64,000 bases of DNA from Prevotella sp. (GCA_016291085.1 JAEEVW010000001.1:64094-128093); one strand, 5' to 3'. Numbered from the stretch's first letter, positions 32,496 through 42,626 are shown. Program-made: numbers and translations. Notes: generated by a model from the letters alone, not told the origin.

Positions 32496-33893
32496 TTACT
32501 TGTTACGTGCTTCAATCTTCTTGTTGATATCGTCGATGACCTCGTCAGTCAGCTCGTAGCGTGAGATGATGAACATAGCCAGAGCCAGCAGCATGGCGGG
32601 GATGACACAGACGAGCCACAGGATACCCTCCTCGGCAAACGGAGTCTGGTCGATGACATTGCTGTTATAGCCGACGTAGGCCAACACAGCGGGACCCACG
32701 ATGCTACCGAAGGTCATACCGGCCTTGAAGAACAGTCCCGTCAGGGCATTCACGATACCTGAGATACGACGACCTGTTGTGTACTCACCATAGGAGATGA
32801 CCTCAGGCACCAGTGCCCACATGTAACCTGTAGCCACGATGACACCCGTTGACTTGATGAACTGTGCCACGTAAATCATCATCATGCTGGGGCTCTCCAT
32901 CTTGGAAATGACGTAGAGCATGGCCATACCGATGATGGCGGCACCCAGGAAGATGTAGAACATGTTCTTCTTGCCGACCATACGCTTGAACCAAGGCACG
33001 AGGGGCATGAACAGGAAGGCAGGCAGTGAGCCCAGCGCCATGAAGACAGACAACTCCTGAGCCGAGCCGTGCAGGTTGCTGTTGATGAAATAGGCACCAG
33101 CGGCATTACCCACCGACATCATGGCGAAGGCGGTAATAAAGAAGAATGCCAGCACGCGCAAGGGACGGTTGCGAAGGAACTCCATCCACAAATCGCTGAC
33201 CTTCACGTCTTCCGTGGCCTTGGCGTCCATGACGACGCGCTCCTTACACTGTGTGAAGCAGAACAGCAACAGGCAGAAACCAACGATGGCGTAGATGGTC
33301 ATCGTGGTGAACCATGCTGAAGGATCTTTTGGAAGACTATCGGACGGTGCACCAGCAATCAAGGCGATGAACAGGGGCAGACCAGAGTTCACAGCCAGAC
33401 CACCCAGGTTGGCCATAAACATACGCACTGAAGTGAGAATGGTAATCTCGTCCGTGTCGCGGGTCAGCGATGAGTTCAAGGCGCCGTAAGGTACATTAAT
33501 AAATGTATAGAGCAGCTGCATAGATACGTAAGTCACGTACGCATAAATTAGCGAAGGAGCAAAGCCATTGTAGAAGCAGAGGATGGCAAAGCCTGACAGG
33601 GGGATACCCACATAGAGCAGGTAAGAGCGGTATTTTCCGAAGCGTGGGTTGCTCTTGTCGATGAGGGTTCCCACAATGGGGTCCCAAATGACGTTGGCCA
33701 CATTACCCACCAGGAACATGACAGCCACCGCAGAAGGGGTCAGTCCGTAGATATCGGTGTAAAAGAACAGCAGGTAGGTGCAAATTACCTGGAAGATTAG
33801 ATTTTGTGCCAGGTCGCCAGAGCCGAATCCGATGCGCTGCAACCAGGAGAGTTTGTAGAAGCCTTTCGCTCCCTGAGTGTCGTTAGATGCCAT
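32496..33893 (-). CDS. GPH-family MFS transporter (xyloside/cation symporter)
   Basis: GFGSGDLAQN, WDPIVG..ID, FGKYR; ~12 TM; start refined to MASNDT. Confidence 0.92.
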   Translation of the reverse strand: MASNDTQGAKGFYKLSWLQRIGFGSGDLAQNLIFQVICTYLLFFYTDIYGLTPSAVAVMFLVGNVANVIWDPIVGTLIDKSNPRFGKYRSYLLYVGIPLSGFAILCFYNGFAPSLIYAYVTYVSMQLLYTFINVPYGALNSSLTRDTDEITILTSVRMFMANLGGLAVNSGLPLFIALIAGAPSDSLPKDPSAWFTTMTIYAIVGFCLLLFCFTQCKERVVMDAKATEDVKVSDLWMEFLRNRPLRVLAFFFITAFAMMSVGNAAGAYFINSNLHGSAQELSVFMALGSLPAFLFMPLVPWFKRMVGKKNMFYIFLGAAIIGMAMLYVISKMESPSMMMIYVAQFIKSTGVIVATGYMWALVPEVISYGEYTTGRRISGIVNALTGLFFKAGMTFGSIVGPAVLAYVGYNSNVIDQTPFAEEGILWLVCVIPAMLLALAMFIISRYELTDEVIDDINKKIEARNK

Positions 33894-34061
33894 ATGAATA
33901 GTTTTTATTAAAATTCTGGTTGCAAAGTTAGTGCTTTTCGCTGAATTCGACATTTTTCAGTGTAACAAATAGTATGCATTTTTGTAGCATAGACTAAAAA
34001 TAACGCCCAAAATGAGCGATATTTCTCATATATTTACTACATTTGCAAAAACTATCGAGCA

Positions 34062-35696
34062 ATGAAACGACAAATTCTATTCTTCTTTTTGGCTCTGGTT
34101 GGCACACTGTCGATAGAAGCCAAGGTACAATTGCCCCGTCTGTTTCAGTCGGGCATGGTGTTACAACGCAACAAAGCCATTCCTGTGTGGGGCAAGGCCA
34201 ATGCGCAGGAAAAAGTGACAATCCGTTGGAACAAGCGCGAGTACGCCACTGTAGCTGACGATGCAGGCCGTTGGCGCATCGACCTGCCGAAGATGAAAGC
34301 AGGCGGTCCTTACGTTTTAGAGGTGAGAGGCGAGGATGGAGAGGTAAGTGAAATTTCCGATGTGCTGGTGGGCGATGTGTGGCTCTGTTCAGGACAGTCG
34401 AACATCGACGTGACCATCGAACGTGTCTATCCGCAATATGTCGATGAAATCGAGCATTTTGATAACAATAAGATTCGTTTGTTCCGTGTTCAGAACGAGA
34501 CGAATACCCATGGTGTGCAGGACGACATCCGTCCGACGACTATCAATTGGAAACCCCTGACGAAGCAGAATGCATGGCTCTTCTCAGCGCTGGGTTCGTT
34601 TCTGGGCATCCGCATGTTCGAAAAGACCAAAGTGCCTCAGGGCATTATCGTCAACAGCTGGGGCGGTACGCCCATTGAGGCGTGGATAAGCGCTGATTCG
34701 CTCATGGCAGACTATCCCATGCAGATCAAAAAGCTGGCGTTCTATCAGAACGACAACTATGTGAAGGCGCAGATGCAGGCTAACAACGAGGCCAACAAGC
34801 GGTGGGATGAGTTGCTCAACAAGATAGATGGCACGACGTTTTATCCTCTTCCATCCTACCAAGACTCCGACTGGAAGACCATCAACCAGAACGACTGGAA
34901 CTGGCGTGGCATTGGCTCCGTCTGGCTCCGTCAGCATATCTATATAGATAAGGAACACGCGGGAAAGCCTGCACGGTTGTTGCTGGGCACACTGTTTGAC
35001 CAGGACATCACCTATCTGAACGGCAAGGAGATAGGCCATACCTACTACCAGTATCCTCCGCGTCGCTATGATATTCCCGAGGGCCTGCTTCAGGAGGGCG
35101 ACAATGTCATTGCCGTGCGCTTTATCAATAAATATGGTGCTGTCCACTTCATCAAGGATAAACCCTACCTGTTGGCATTCGGCGAAGACCGTTTTTCGCA
35201 GAACCCTATGCCCAAGGACATCATCCCCTTGAGCGACACGTGGAAATTCCATCTGGGCGCAGAGATGCCGTCGTGTCCCAGTGGTGACGTGTCGTTGCAG
35301 AACCAGGCCACCACGCTCTATAATGCTGTGCTCTATCCGCTGGCTCCCTACGCCCTGAGTGGAGTGGTATGGTATCAGGGTGAGTCGAACACAGGGAATC
35401 CAGGACCTTATGCCGATTTGTTGCGTAAGCTGATGGGAAATTGGCGCACGCTGTGGAACGAGCCAACACTGCCTTTCTGCATTGTGCAGTTGGCGAAATA
35501 CATGTATCCGTCAGACCCAGGCTATGCCAATTGGCAAAAATTGCGCGACCAACAGCGCATCGTGGCAGAGGGTGACCCCTATGCTGAGGCTGCTGACATC
35601 TTTGACTTAGGCGAGGAAAACGACATCCATCCCCTGCGCAAAAAGGAGGCTGCAGAAATCGTTGGCCAGTACTTTGACAAATTGATAGCCAAGTAA
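34062..35696 (+). CDS. SASA-family (sialate O-acetylesterase-like) carbohydrate esterase
   Basis: SGQSN, WYQGESN, DIHP; signal peptide; divergent from the xylan genes. Confidence 0.88.
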   Translation: MKRQILFFFLALVGTLSIEAKVQLPRLFQSGMVLQRNKAIPVWGKANAQEKVTIRWNKREYATVADDAGRWRIDLPKMKAGGPYVLEVRGEDGEVSEISDVLVGDVWLCSGQSNIDVTIERVYPQYVDEIEHFDNNKIRLFRVQNETNTHGVQDDIRPTTINWKPLTKQNAWLFSALGSFLGIRMFEKTKVPQGIIVNSWGGTPIEAWISADSLMADYPMQIKKLAFYQNDNYVKAQMQANNEANKRWDELLNKIDGTTFYPLPSYQDSDWKTINQNDWNWRGIGSVWLRQHIYIDKEHAGKPARLLLGTLFDQDITYLNGKEIGHTYYQYPPRRYDIPEGLLQEGDNVIAVRFINKYGAVHFIKDKPYLLAFGEDRFSQNPMPKDIIPLSDTWKFHLGAEMPSCPSGDVSLQNQATTLYNAVLYPLAPYALSGVVWYQGESNTGNPGPYADLLRKLMGNWRTLWNEPTLPFCIVQLAKYMYPSDPGYANWQKLRDQQRIVAEGDPYAEAADIFDLGEENDIHPLRKKEAAEIVGQYFDKLIAK

Positions 35697-35744
35697 TTGC
35701 CAAGTTTTTTGGTTTTTTGCTCAGTTTGTACTATCTTTGCATCC

Positions 35745-36449
35745 ATGAACAAGAAATGGAACGATATTCGTGTGGTGGCGTTTGATGCTGACGACACGCT
35801 GTGGGACTGCCAGTCGTGGTTCGACGAGGTGGAGCAAAAGTGCTGTGAACTGCTCAGCCCGTGGGCTACAGCGCGCGAAGTCAGCGAGGGGTTGTTTGCC
35901 ACAGAGCGCAAAAACTTGTCGCTGACGGGTTATGGCACGAAAGCCTTTACCCTGTCGCTTGTCGAGAATGCAGTGCGAGTGACTCACGAACAGTTGACAG
36001 GCGACATCGTGATGAAACTGCTGGATTTGGGTCGCGAGTTGTTGCTGTTTCCCACGACGCCCTTGCCCGAGGTGCAGGAGACGATGGAAAAACTTTCCCT
36101 GTCGCGACGTTTTCAGTTGGTGGTGTTCACCAAGGGTGAGCTACTGGATCAGGAGAATAAGCTGCATCGCTCAGGATTGGAGCAGTACTTCTCGCATATG
36201 GAAACGGTGTCGAACAAGACAGAGAAGGAATATCGCCAGTTGTGCGAGAATCTGGGGGTGGCACCAGAACAGACAGTCATGGTGGGCAACTCGTTCCGTT
36301 CTGACATCGCCCCGGCATTAGCAGCAGGAGCCTATGCCATTCATATTCCTTACCATGTGGTGTGGGAACTGGAGAAGTCAGAGGAGTTTCCCCATGAGCG
36401 ACTACAAAAAATCGCCCATTTCAACGAAATCTTGGAGATCTTAGGCTAA
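35745..36449 (+). CDS. HAD-family hydrolase
   Basis: FDADDTLW, TKG, MVGNSFRSD; start refined to MNKKW. Confidence 0.9.
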   Translation: MNKKWNDIRVVAFDADDTLWDCQSWFDEVEQKCCELLSPWATAREVSEGLFATERKNLSLTGYGTKAFTLSLVENAVRVTHEQLTGDIVMKLLDLGRELLLFPTTPLPEVQETMEKLSLSRRFQLVVFTKGELLDQENKLHRSGLEQYFSHMETVSNKTEKEYRQLCENLGVAPEQTVMVGNSFRSDIAPALAAGAYAIHIPYHVVWELEKSEEFPHERLQKIAHFNEILEILG

Positions 36450-37788
36450 GCAATACATAGCCACTTCCTATCAACAGATAGATACATGCGAGTTGCAGTA
36501 TGGAGAGGTGAATGCCCTCTATGCTGCAACCTGGTAGATGTGCGATACCCTCTAGCAGATGGTTCATCAGGATAACTATGTACGAGAGGGCAACGACTAG
36601 CAGCGACTGCAAACCACTCCACCAAAACGTGCAGATGCTGAGCAGGGCCAGGTAGAGCAGTAGGGTGGCCAGGGGGATGACTACGAAATTACTAAGCAGG
36701 AAGTAGGTGGCGAAACGTCCGAAATAGTAGGCTATCAGCGGTGCTGTGCCGATTTGTGCCGCCAAGGATACGCTGGTCAGTCCCCATAGCGCTTTCAGCC
36801 AGCGGTGTTCCATTTGTATGTGCAGAGGGATGATGCGTTCCAGTATGGGACAGAAGAGTTGGATAGCCAGTACAGCCATGAACGACAGTTGGAAGCCCAT
36901 ATCATAGAGTGACAGCGGATTCACCAATAACATGACGATGGCGGTAAATGCCAGTGTGTTGACGGACATGCGTTCGCGATGTCCCAGCGACAACAGGGCA
37001 TAGATGCTGATCATGAAGGCAGCACGCACCACGCTGGGTGACAGTCCTACCAAAAAGGCAAAGGCCCATATCGACAGTACGATGAGCACCTGTGAGGCGA
37101 TGCGGAATCGTCGCCAGCCCACGAAGAGTGTGACGACGGTATAGATAATCATCAGGTGCAGTCCGCTGAGTGCCAGAATGTGCGAAGCACCCACCAGGGA
37201 ATAGGTTTCTTTCAATGTTGTATCGAGTTTCGACTTCTCGCCTAACGTCATGGCAGCCACCACACCATAGGCTTTGTCAGTGACTCCCCATTGCCGATAG
37301 TGATCCAGCAAACGGTGACGCCACAACAGGAAACGGAGCCTGATGCGTTCCAATCGTGACAAGTTGGCCAATGACAGTTGTTGCTGTTGCCAGTCGCCCT
37401 GTCTGGCATACAGTTCGCCCGAGAACCCATGGCAAGCCATATAGCGTTGGTAGTCGAAGTGCCCTTGTTGCCACGCGTGTACCTTATTAATATATGTGCT
37501 AATCTGCAGTCCGTCACCCAGCTTGACTTTTTCGCTGTAGGGGTTTCTCGCTAGTCGCCCTTTAATTTTGTGGCGTCCTTGCGTAGTCAGCAGGTCCACC
37601 ACGATGACTTTCTCTTTCACGACGGGTTCGCTGACAACGACTGCCTTGATGGTTATGCGCTCCTTAGGCCAGTTAATGTCGAATCGCTGTTTAAGTCTTG
37701 GTCCCACAACGAATACGATGGCTGCTACCAGACAGAGTGCTAAAGGTAGTACGGGGGTGCGGCTCAGAAACGATGACAGACGGGACAT
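36421..37788 (-). CDS. comEC: ComEC/Rec2-family membrane protein (no MBL domain)
   Basis: GASHILALSGLH, SPSVVRA, GFQLSF, SLAAQIGTAP. Confidence 0.9.
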   Translation of the reverse strand: MSRLSSFLSRTPVLPLALCLVAAIVFVVGPRLKQRFDINWPKERITIKAVVVSEPVVKEKVIVVDLLTTQGRHKIKGRLARNPYSEKVKLGDGLQISTYINKVHAWQQGHFDYQRYMACHGFSGELYARQGDWQQQQLSLANLSRLERIRLRFLLWRHRLLDHYRQWGVTDKAYGVVAAMTLGEKSKLDTTLKETYSLVGASHILALSGLHLMIIYTVVTLFVGWRRFRIASQVLIVLSIWAFAFLVGLSPSVVRAAFMISIYALLSLGHRERMSVNTLAFTAIVMLLVNPLSLYDMGFQLSFMAVLAIQLFCPILERIIPLHIQMEHRWLKALWGLTSVSLAAQIGTAPLIAYYFGRFATYFLLSNFVVIPLATLLLYLALLSICTFWWSGLQSLLVVALSYIVILMNHLLEGIAHLPGCSIEGIHLSILQLACIYLLIGSGYVLLSLRSPRFR

Positions 37789-37799
37789 GTCTTAGGCGA

Positions 37800-38504
37800 T
37801 TACAGGTAAAAAACGCTCTCTGGGCCCATACAGAACAGCAGGTCCAGAATTGACAGATTGGACAGAAAACCATGCTTATGCTGGAACACTTGCCAATATT
37901 TTTTTTGCACAAATGTGGCGTCGGGTAGGGGGTGCTTGGCGTGGATGACGTCGCGATAGTCTACGATGTCTGAGGTCTGATGGCTGATGGTTGATGTGTA
38001 TGACGAGGTGTGTTCCACAGAGGGGTGGATGTCGATGAGTTCGCACATTTTCTGTCGGATGGCCTCGTTGAAATCGACCAAAAAATCGTATTTCTGCTCG
38101 AAGAAGGGACGGATGTCGTCCGCATAATAGTCGAAGAAAGGACTCTCACTATAGGCACTCTGCAGTGCGTTCCAGTGTACTCGCCGCCACTGGTTGTGGT
38201 CGCTAATGCGAAGGTCTTTGACCAATTGAGAATTGAGATTTGAGAATTGAGAATTATGATTACCTTTGTTTGCGGCAATTTCATTTTGTGTCATATCAGA
38301 ATTCTCAATTCTCAATTCTCCATTATGAATTACGGGAACTGTGAGGGCCTGCAGGCCGTTGGCGGTGGCGATGATGCAACGGTTCCGGTAGGTTTGTTTC
38401 TGGTAGGAGTCGTACTGTTCGATGAGACAATGGTCATAGCGGTAGAGTTTCTGATACCATTGTACGGGACCAAAATAGGTGGTTTGCAGCAGTGCCGTCG
38501 TCAT
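37800..38504 (-). CDS. WbqC-family protein with repeat-derived inserts
   Basis: KQTYRNRC, LTVPV, AYSESPFFDYY, NLSILDLLFCMGPES. Confidence 0.9.
   Translation of the reverse strand: MTTALLQTTYFGPVQWYQKLYRYDHCLIEQYDSYQKQTYRNRCIIATANGLQALTVPVIHNGELRIENSDMTQNEIAANKGNHNSQFSNLNSQLVKDLRISDHNQWRRVHWNALQSAYSESPFFDYYADDIRPFFEQKYDFLVDFNEAIRQKMCELIDIHPSVEHTSSYTSTISHQTSDIVDYRDVIHAKHPLPDATFVQKKYWQVFQHKHGFLSNLSILDLLFCMGPESVFYL
38224..38331. repeat. Inverted pair of AATTGAG/CTCAATT heptamer runs in frame in wbqC
   Basis: aattgag x4 ... attctca x3 flanking a ~40-nt spacer; encodes NGELRIENSDMTQNEIAANKGNHNSQFSNLNSQL. Confidence 0.85.
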
Positions 38505-39001
38505 GGCAAAAAGGTGTTGTTGCGATTATAGAGCACCGTGACGACGCGTCCGATGATGTCGTGCTCAGGAATGAGTCCCATGTAGCGCGAATCCAGCGGG
38601 TTCTGCTTGTTGATGGCCTCAAGCCAATAGTAGTCCGTCTGGGCACAAGTCTTCAGACCAGGTACCAACAGGGGACCGCCTTTGGTGCGGATGGTGTCGC
38701 CGGGAATGGCCTTGCAACGTGCAATACAGATGCCTTCAGGAAACCCTTTGGGAGCGTTGAAGGCCACGATGTCGCCTTTCTCGACGGGTTGACGCATCAG
38801 TCGGCTATAGGGAAGCAGTCCGTTACCTTCGATGCGGAGACCGTAGCTGCAGCGGTTGATGAGCAGGCGGTCACCGTTTTGGTAGAGTGGAGCCAGTCCG
38901 TCGCCTGTGACGCCATGAATGGACAAAGCCAAGGTACGCACTGCCAGCATCAGCGCAAAAGCCAATGCGAACGCTATCACGTACTTCAGCCAGTTAGCCA
39001 T
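38501..39001 (-). CDS. S26 signal-peptidase-like protein lacking catalytic Ser and Lys
   Basis: GVTGDGLAPLYQNGD and CIARCKAIPGD align with LepB boxes B and D; DSRYMG box E. Confidence 0.8.
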   Translation of the reverse strand: MANWLKYVIAFALAFALMLAVRTLALSIHGVTGDGLAPLYQNGDRLLINRCSYGLRIEGNGLLPYSRLMRQPVEKGDIVAFNAPKGFPEGICIARCKAIPGDTIRTKGGPLLVPGLKTCAQTDYYWLEAINKQNPLDSRYMGLIPEHDIIGRVVTVLYNRNNTFLP

Positions 39002-39011
39002 ATCTCACCTC

Positions 39012-40448
39012 TTACTTGATATTGTCCACCAAACGGAACAAGCGACTCCAGCGGATGCCCCCAAAGCCGGAACGATCAGGGTCTGAGCTCCACCAGATGA
39101 AGATGGGTTTACCCACGATATGGTCTTCCGGAACAAAGCCCCAGTAGCGTGAGTCGAGCGAGTTGTGACGGTTGTCGCCTTGCATCCAGTAGTAGTCCAA
39201 CTTGAAGGTATACTTCGTCGTCTCCTTGTCGTTAATGTATATCTTGCCGTCCTTCACCTCCAGTTTGTTGCCTTCGTAGGTGCGGATGGGACGCTCGTAG
39301 ATGGGCAGGTTCTTCAGTGTCAGATCGATGCTCTCACCCTTCTTGGGAATCCAGATGGGACCGTAGTTGTCGCGTGTCCAGTGCATGTTACCGTTCAGCG
39401 GATAGATGTCCAGATCGTTGGCATCTGTGTTCAGTTCAACGCTCTCGACGATGTCCGTCAGTTTCTTCAGTTCCTCGACGGCATGGTTGGTCAGCGGCAT
39501 GTAACCCTGGGTGTTCAGGCTCATCAGGTCTTCCATCGTGATACCCAGGTCCTTCATCAAGTCGTCGTCCAAACGCTGCTTCAGCTTTACTTTATAGGTA
39601 TACTGTACGTTGTCGGGCTCCTTGTTGGCCTTACCGTTGATGTAGATGACGCGGTCCTTGATTTGCAGTGTCTGACCAGGCAGGCCCACACAACGCTTTA
39701 CATAGTTCTCGCGACGATCGGTAGGACGCGTGTCTATCAGTCCGTATTCACCGGGATTGTGCTCAATGGCCTGACGTCCGGCTTGATAGATGGCGTTAAA
39801 ATAGATGGGCAGTTGTTCCTGGGTCAGCGAATCGGGATTCGGACGCTGCGGATACAGCTGATAGCCTATCTGGTAGCACATCTGGTAGAAGTCATAAGCC
39901 TGATACTGGGGAGCCGAACAGATGGTGTCGCCTGCGGGGAAGTTAAACACCACAATATCGTTCAACTGCACCTTGCCCAAGCCCTTTACCCTACGATAGT
40001 CCCAATGGGGCCATTCGATATACGACTTACACTCAAACAGCGGCATCGTGTGCTGGGTCAGCGGCATCGTCAGCGGTGTCTCAGGAATGCGTGGGCCATA
40101 ACTCACCTTCGATACGAACAGGTAGTCACCCGTCAGCAACGACTTCTCCAACGAACTTGACGGAATGACGTAGTTCTGGAAGAAGAACAGGTTGATGAAG
40201 TATACGGCCACCAGTGCGAACACAATGGCGTCAACCCACGACATGATGAACTTCGTGGGGCCTTCAGCTTCTTTCCACCACTGCCACTTGATTTTCTTGG
40301 TGATATAGACGTCGTAGATGAAAGGAATGACAAGCAGTCCCCACCACGACTTCACCCAATAGAGGAATAGCAAGTAGAGTGCCAGTACGACAATGAACTT
40401 CGCCCACTGTACCTTCATATTCAGCTTTTTCTTTTCTCTTTTTTCCAT
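39012..40448 (-). CDS. lepB: Signal peptidase I
   Basis: IPSSSLEKSLLTGD, YVKRCVGLPG, GDNRHNSLDSRYWGFVP. Confidence 0.96.
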   Translation of the reverse strand: MEKREKKKLNMKVQWAKFIVVLALYLLFLYWVKSWWGLLVIPFIYDVYITKKIKWQWWKEAEGPTKFIMSWVDAIVFALVAVYFINLFFFQNYVIPSSSLEKSLLTGDYLFVSKVSYGPRIPETPLTMPLTQHTMPLFECKSYIEWPHWDYRRVKGLGKVQLNDIVVFNFPAGDTICSAPQYQAYDFYQMCYQIGYQLYPQRPNPDSLTQEQLPIYFNAIYQAGRQAIEHNPGEYGLIDTRPTDRRENYVKRCVGLPGQTLQIKDRVIYINGKANKEPDNVQYTYKVKLKQRLDDDLMKDLGITMEDLMSLNTQGYMPLTNHAVEELKKLTDIVESVELNTDANDLDIYPLNGNMHWTRDNYGPIWIPKKGESIDLTLKNLPIYERPIRTYEGNKLEVKDGKIYINDKETTKYTFKLDYYWMQGDNRHNSLDSRYWGFVPEDHIVGKPIFIWWSSDPDRSGFGGIRWSRLFRLVDNIK

Positions 40449-40450
40449 AA

Positions 40451-41167
40451 TCAGAATTTAAACATATCGCTAATTGTCAACAGTCCCTGATGCTCTTTGG
40501 TATACTCTGCAGCCAGTACAGCACCCAAGGCAAAGCCCTGACGCGAGTGGGCATCGTGGGTGATGGTGATGATGTCCGCTTCCGAGTCGTAACGCACGGT
40601 GTGAATACCTGCCACCTCGCCACGACGAATGTGGTCGATGCGAAGCAACTTTGGATCTGTCGTGTCTTCGGCCCAAGCCTCCTTGCGGTCGATATTCTCC
40701 AAAATGCCCTCAGCCAGTGTGATAGCCGTGCCGCTGGGATGGTCCAGCTTGTGTACGTGGTGTGTCTCTTCCATCTCCACGTCATACTGGGGGAACTGGT
40801 TCATAATCTTCGCCAGATATTTGTTTACTGCCGAGAAGATGGCCACACCAATCGAGAAGTTCGATGCCCAGAACAGCGTCTGTCCTTCTTCCGAGCACAT
40901 GCGCTTCACGTCGTCGCCATGTTCTTTCATCCAGCCCGTAGAACCGGAAACCACCTTCACACCATGTTTAAAAGCACGCAGATAGTTGCCGTAGGCAGCC
41001 TGTGGAGCCGTAAACTCTATCGCAACGTCGGCACTCTTAAAGGCCTCCGAATCGAAGTCCTGCTGATTATCAATATCGATAATACTCACAATCTCATGAC
41101 CACGACTCAGGGCGATTTGCTCGATCATTTTGCCCATCTTGCCGTAGCCGATTAAAGCTATTTTCAT
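40451..41167 (-). CDS. dapB: 4-hydroxy-tetrahydrodipicolinate reductase
   Basis: GYGKMG, SGSTG, SNFSIG, ETHHVHKLDHPSGTA; start refined to MKIAL. Confidence 0.97.
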   Translation of the reverse strand: MKIALIGYGKMGKMIEQIALSRGHEIVSIIDIDNQQDFDSEAFKSADVAIEFTAPQAAYGNYLRAFKHGVKVVSGSTGWMKEHGDDVKRMCSEEGQTLFWASNFSIGVAIFSAVNKYLAKIMNQFPQYDVEMEETHHVHKLDHPSGTAITLAEGILENIDRKEAWAEDTTDPKLLRIDHIRRGEVAGIHTVRYDSEADIITITHDAHSRQGFALGAVLAAEYTKEHQGLLTISDMFKF

Positions 41168-41202
41168 AATAAAATGTATTAATACGCCTGCAAAAGTACA
41201 AT

Positions 41203-41238
41203 AAAAAATCGGACTGACCAAGAATCAGTCCGAATTTT
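41203..41238 (-). terminator. Intrinsic terminator after the GH5 gene
   Basis: TCGGACTGA-N7-TCAGTCCGA with flanking A/T tracts. Confidence 0.75.
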
Positions 41239-41243
41239 CTCAT

Positions 41244-42626
41244 TTACCTCTTGTTTCTGGTATCTGATATCACCCATTTTTTGCCGTTGTTGATGTAGAT
41301 GCCTTGCCTCAGCTGGGTGGGTGAGAGTCGGCGTCCTGCGAAGTCGTAATAGTCTCTCGGGTAGGTGGAATCAGAGAGGCGTATGGGCGTGATGGCGGAA
41401 TAGCCATCTTCACCGTAGTAGCCCTTGATGATGGCGTCCTTGAGGTCAGACTGGTTGAACTCGGGTACGCTGCGGTGATCGCCATCTGACAGTCCCATCC
41501 AGTAGAAGGTTCCCATACCGTTGGCCTTGGTCTGCTCAACGAAATAGCGGGCAAAGGCGAGCAGGTTGCTGCGGTAGTTTTCATAACCCTTATCGGTGGT
41601 GGTGCCCCACTCACCGAAGATGACGGGTGCACCTTTAGAGGCGAGGTGTTTCTTGACATCGTTGAGTATTTGCTTGGTCTCGCTCTTGGCATTGCTGAGG
41701 TTCTTGACGTCGATATAAGAATGGACTTCGAATATGAGGTGATTGGCGACATTGTCGGTGGGCAGCTTCATCTCTTTCAGAGGATCCTGCAGATGGCTGT
41801 TCCACGAGCCGCTACCGCAACTGGCACAATAGGTGTTGACGATGAGGTTGCGCAGGGCATTGTTGCCACCGGTGGCGCGGACAGTATTGACGAAACTCTG
41901 GGCATAGCTGTTGATGGCATCGTATGCCGAAGTGGCTACGTTGACATCATAATGCGTTGGAGTGGCAAACGAGGCGAAGCACCAGGAGTCGTAGGGATCG
42001 AGCATCTCGTTGTACCCCTCGAAGAGCAGGTGTTCATCGTAGTCCTTGAACTCCTCGGCAATCTGCTTCCATACGGCCTCGAAACGGCTTTTCTGCTTGT
42101 TATAGTCATCCATGCTGGCCACGAGCCAAGCAGTGTTGGCGCCTCCTGTGTCGTGATGGACGTTGAGAATGCAGTACATGCCTTGACTGATGACGTAGTC
42201 GACCACTTCGTGGACACGTTGCATCCAGTCGGCTTGAATCTGTGTGCCGATGTCGTCGGTGGAGGGATCCCATGGAGTTAGTGCCTGTTTGGCGTTGTCC
42301 CATTTGACAGATTTGAACGTGGCCTCCATGTGGGGATACCATGTGACAGGTACGCGGATGGCGTTGAAACCAGCCTCCTTGAACATCTTCATCAGTTCGG
42401 GTTTAGTGACGGGCTGTCCCCATGCAGTTTCGTAGCTGGACGGTGAGCGGTCGGACCAATTCTCGATCCACATATTGTTGACGTCGCCCGAATTGCTGTC
42501 GAACGTATTGCCCAGGTTCCAGCCTACGCGCATGTTAGATACTGCTGAGGTGGCTGTCTCGAAATCGCCAGCCTTTGCCGTCAGTCCACATGCGGCAAGC
42601 AACAGGATAGTTAATGTTTTCTTCAT
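41244..42626 (-). CDS. GH5 endoglucanase/xyloglucanase with T9SS-type C-terminal domain
   Basis: GWNLGN, RVPVTW, NVHHD, YNEM, GEWG; tail YYDFAGRRL..GIYINNGKK. Confidence 0.9.
   Translation of the reverse strand: MKKTLTILLLAACGLTAKAGDFETATSAVSNMRVGWNLGNTFDSNSGDVNNMWIENWSDRSPSSYETAWGQPVTKPELMKMFKEAGFNAIRVPVTWYPHMEATFKSVKWDNAKQALTPWDPSTDDIGTQIQADWMQRVHEVVDYVISQGMYCILNVHHDTGGANTAWLVASMDDYNKQKSRFEAVWKQIAEEFKDYDEHLLFEGYNEMLDPYDSWCFASFATPTHYDVNVATSAYDAINSYAQSFVNTVRATGGNNALRNLIVNTYCASCGSGSWNSHLQDPLKEMKLPTDNVANHLIFEVHSYIDVKNLSNAKSETKQILNDVKKHLASKGAPVIFGEWGTTTDKGYENYRSNLLAFARYFVEQTKANGMGTFYWMGLSDGDHRSVPEFNQSDLKDAIIKGYYGEDGYSAITPIRLSDSTYPRDYYDFAGRRLSPTQLRQGIYINNGKKWVISDTRNKR

Noticed and set aside
36421-37788. 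ComEC as a truncated pseudogene
   Set aside because: ComEC without the MBL domain is common in Bacteroidetes; frame intact
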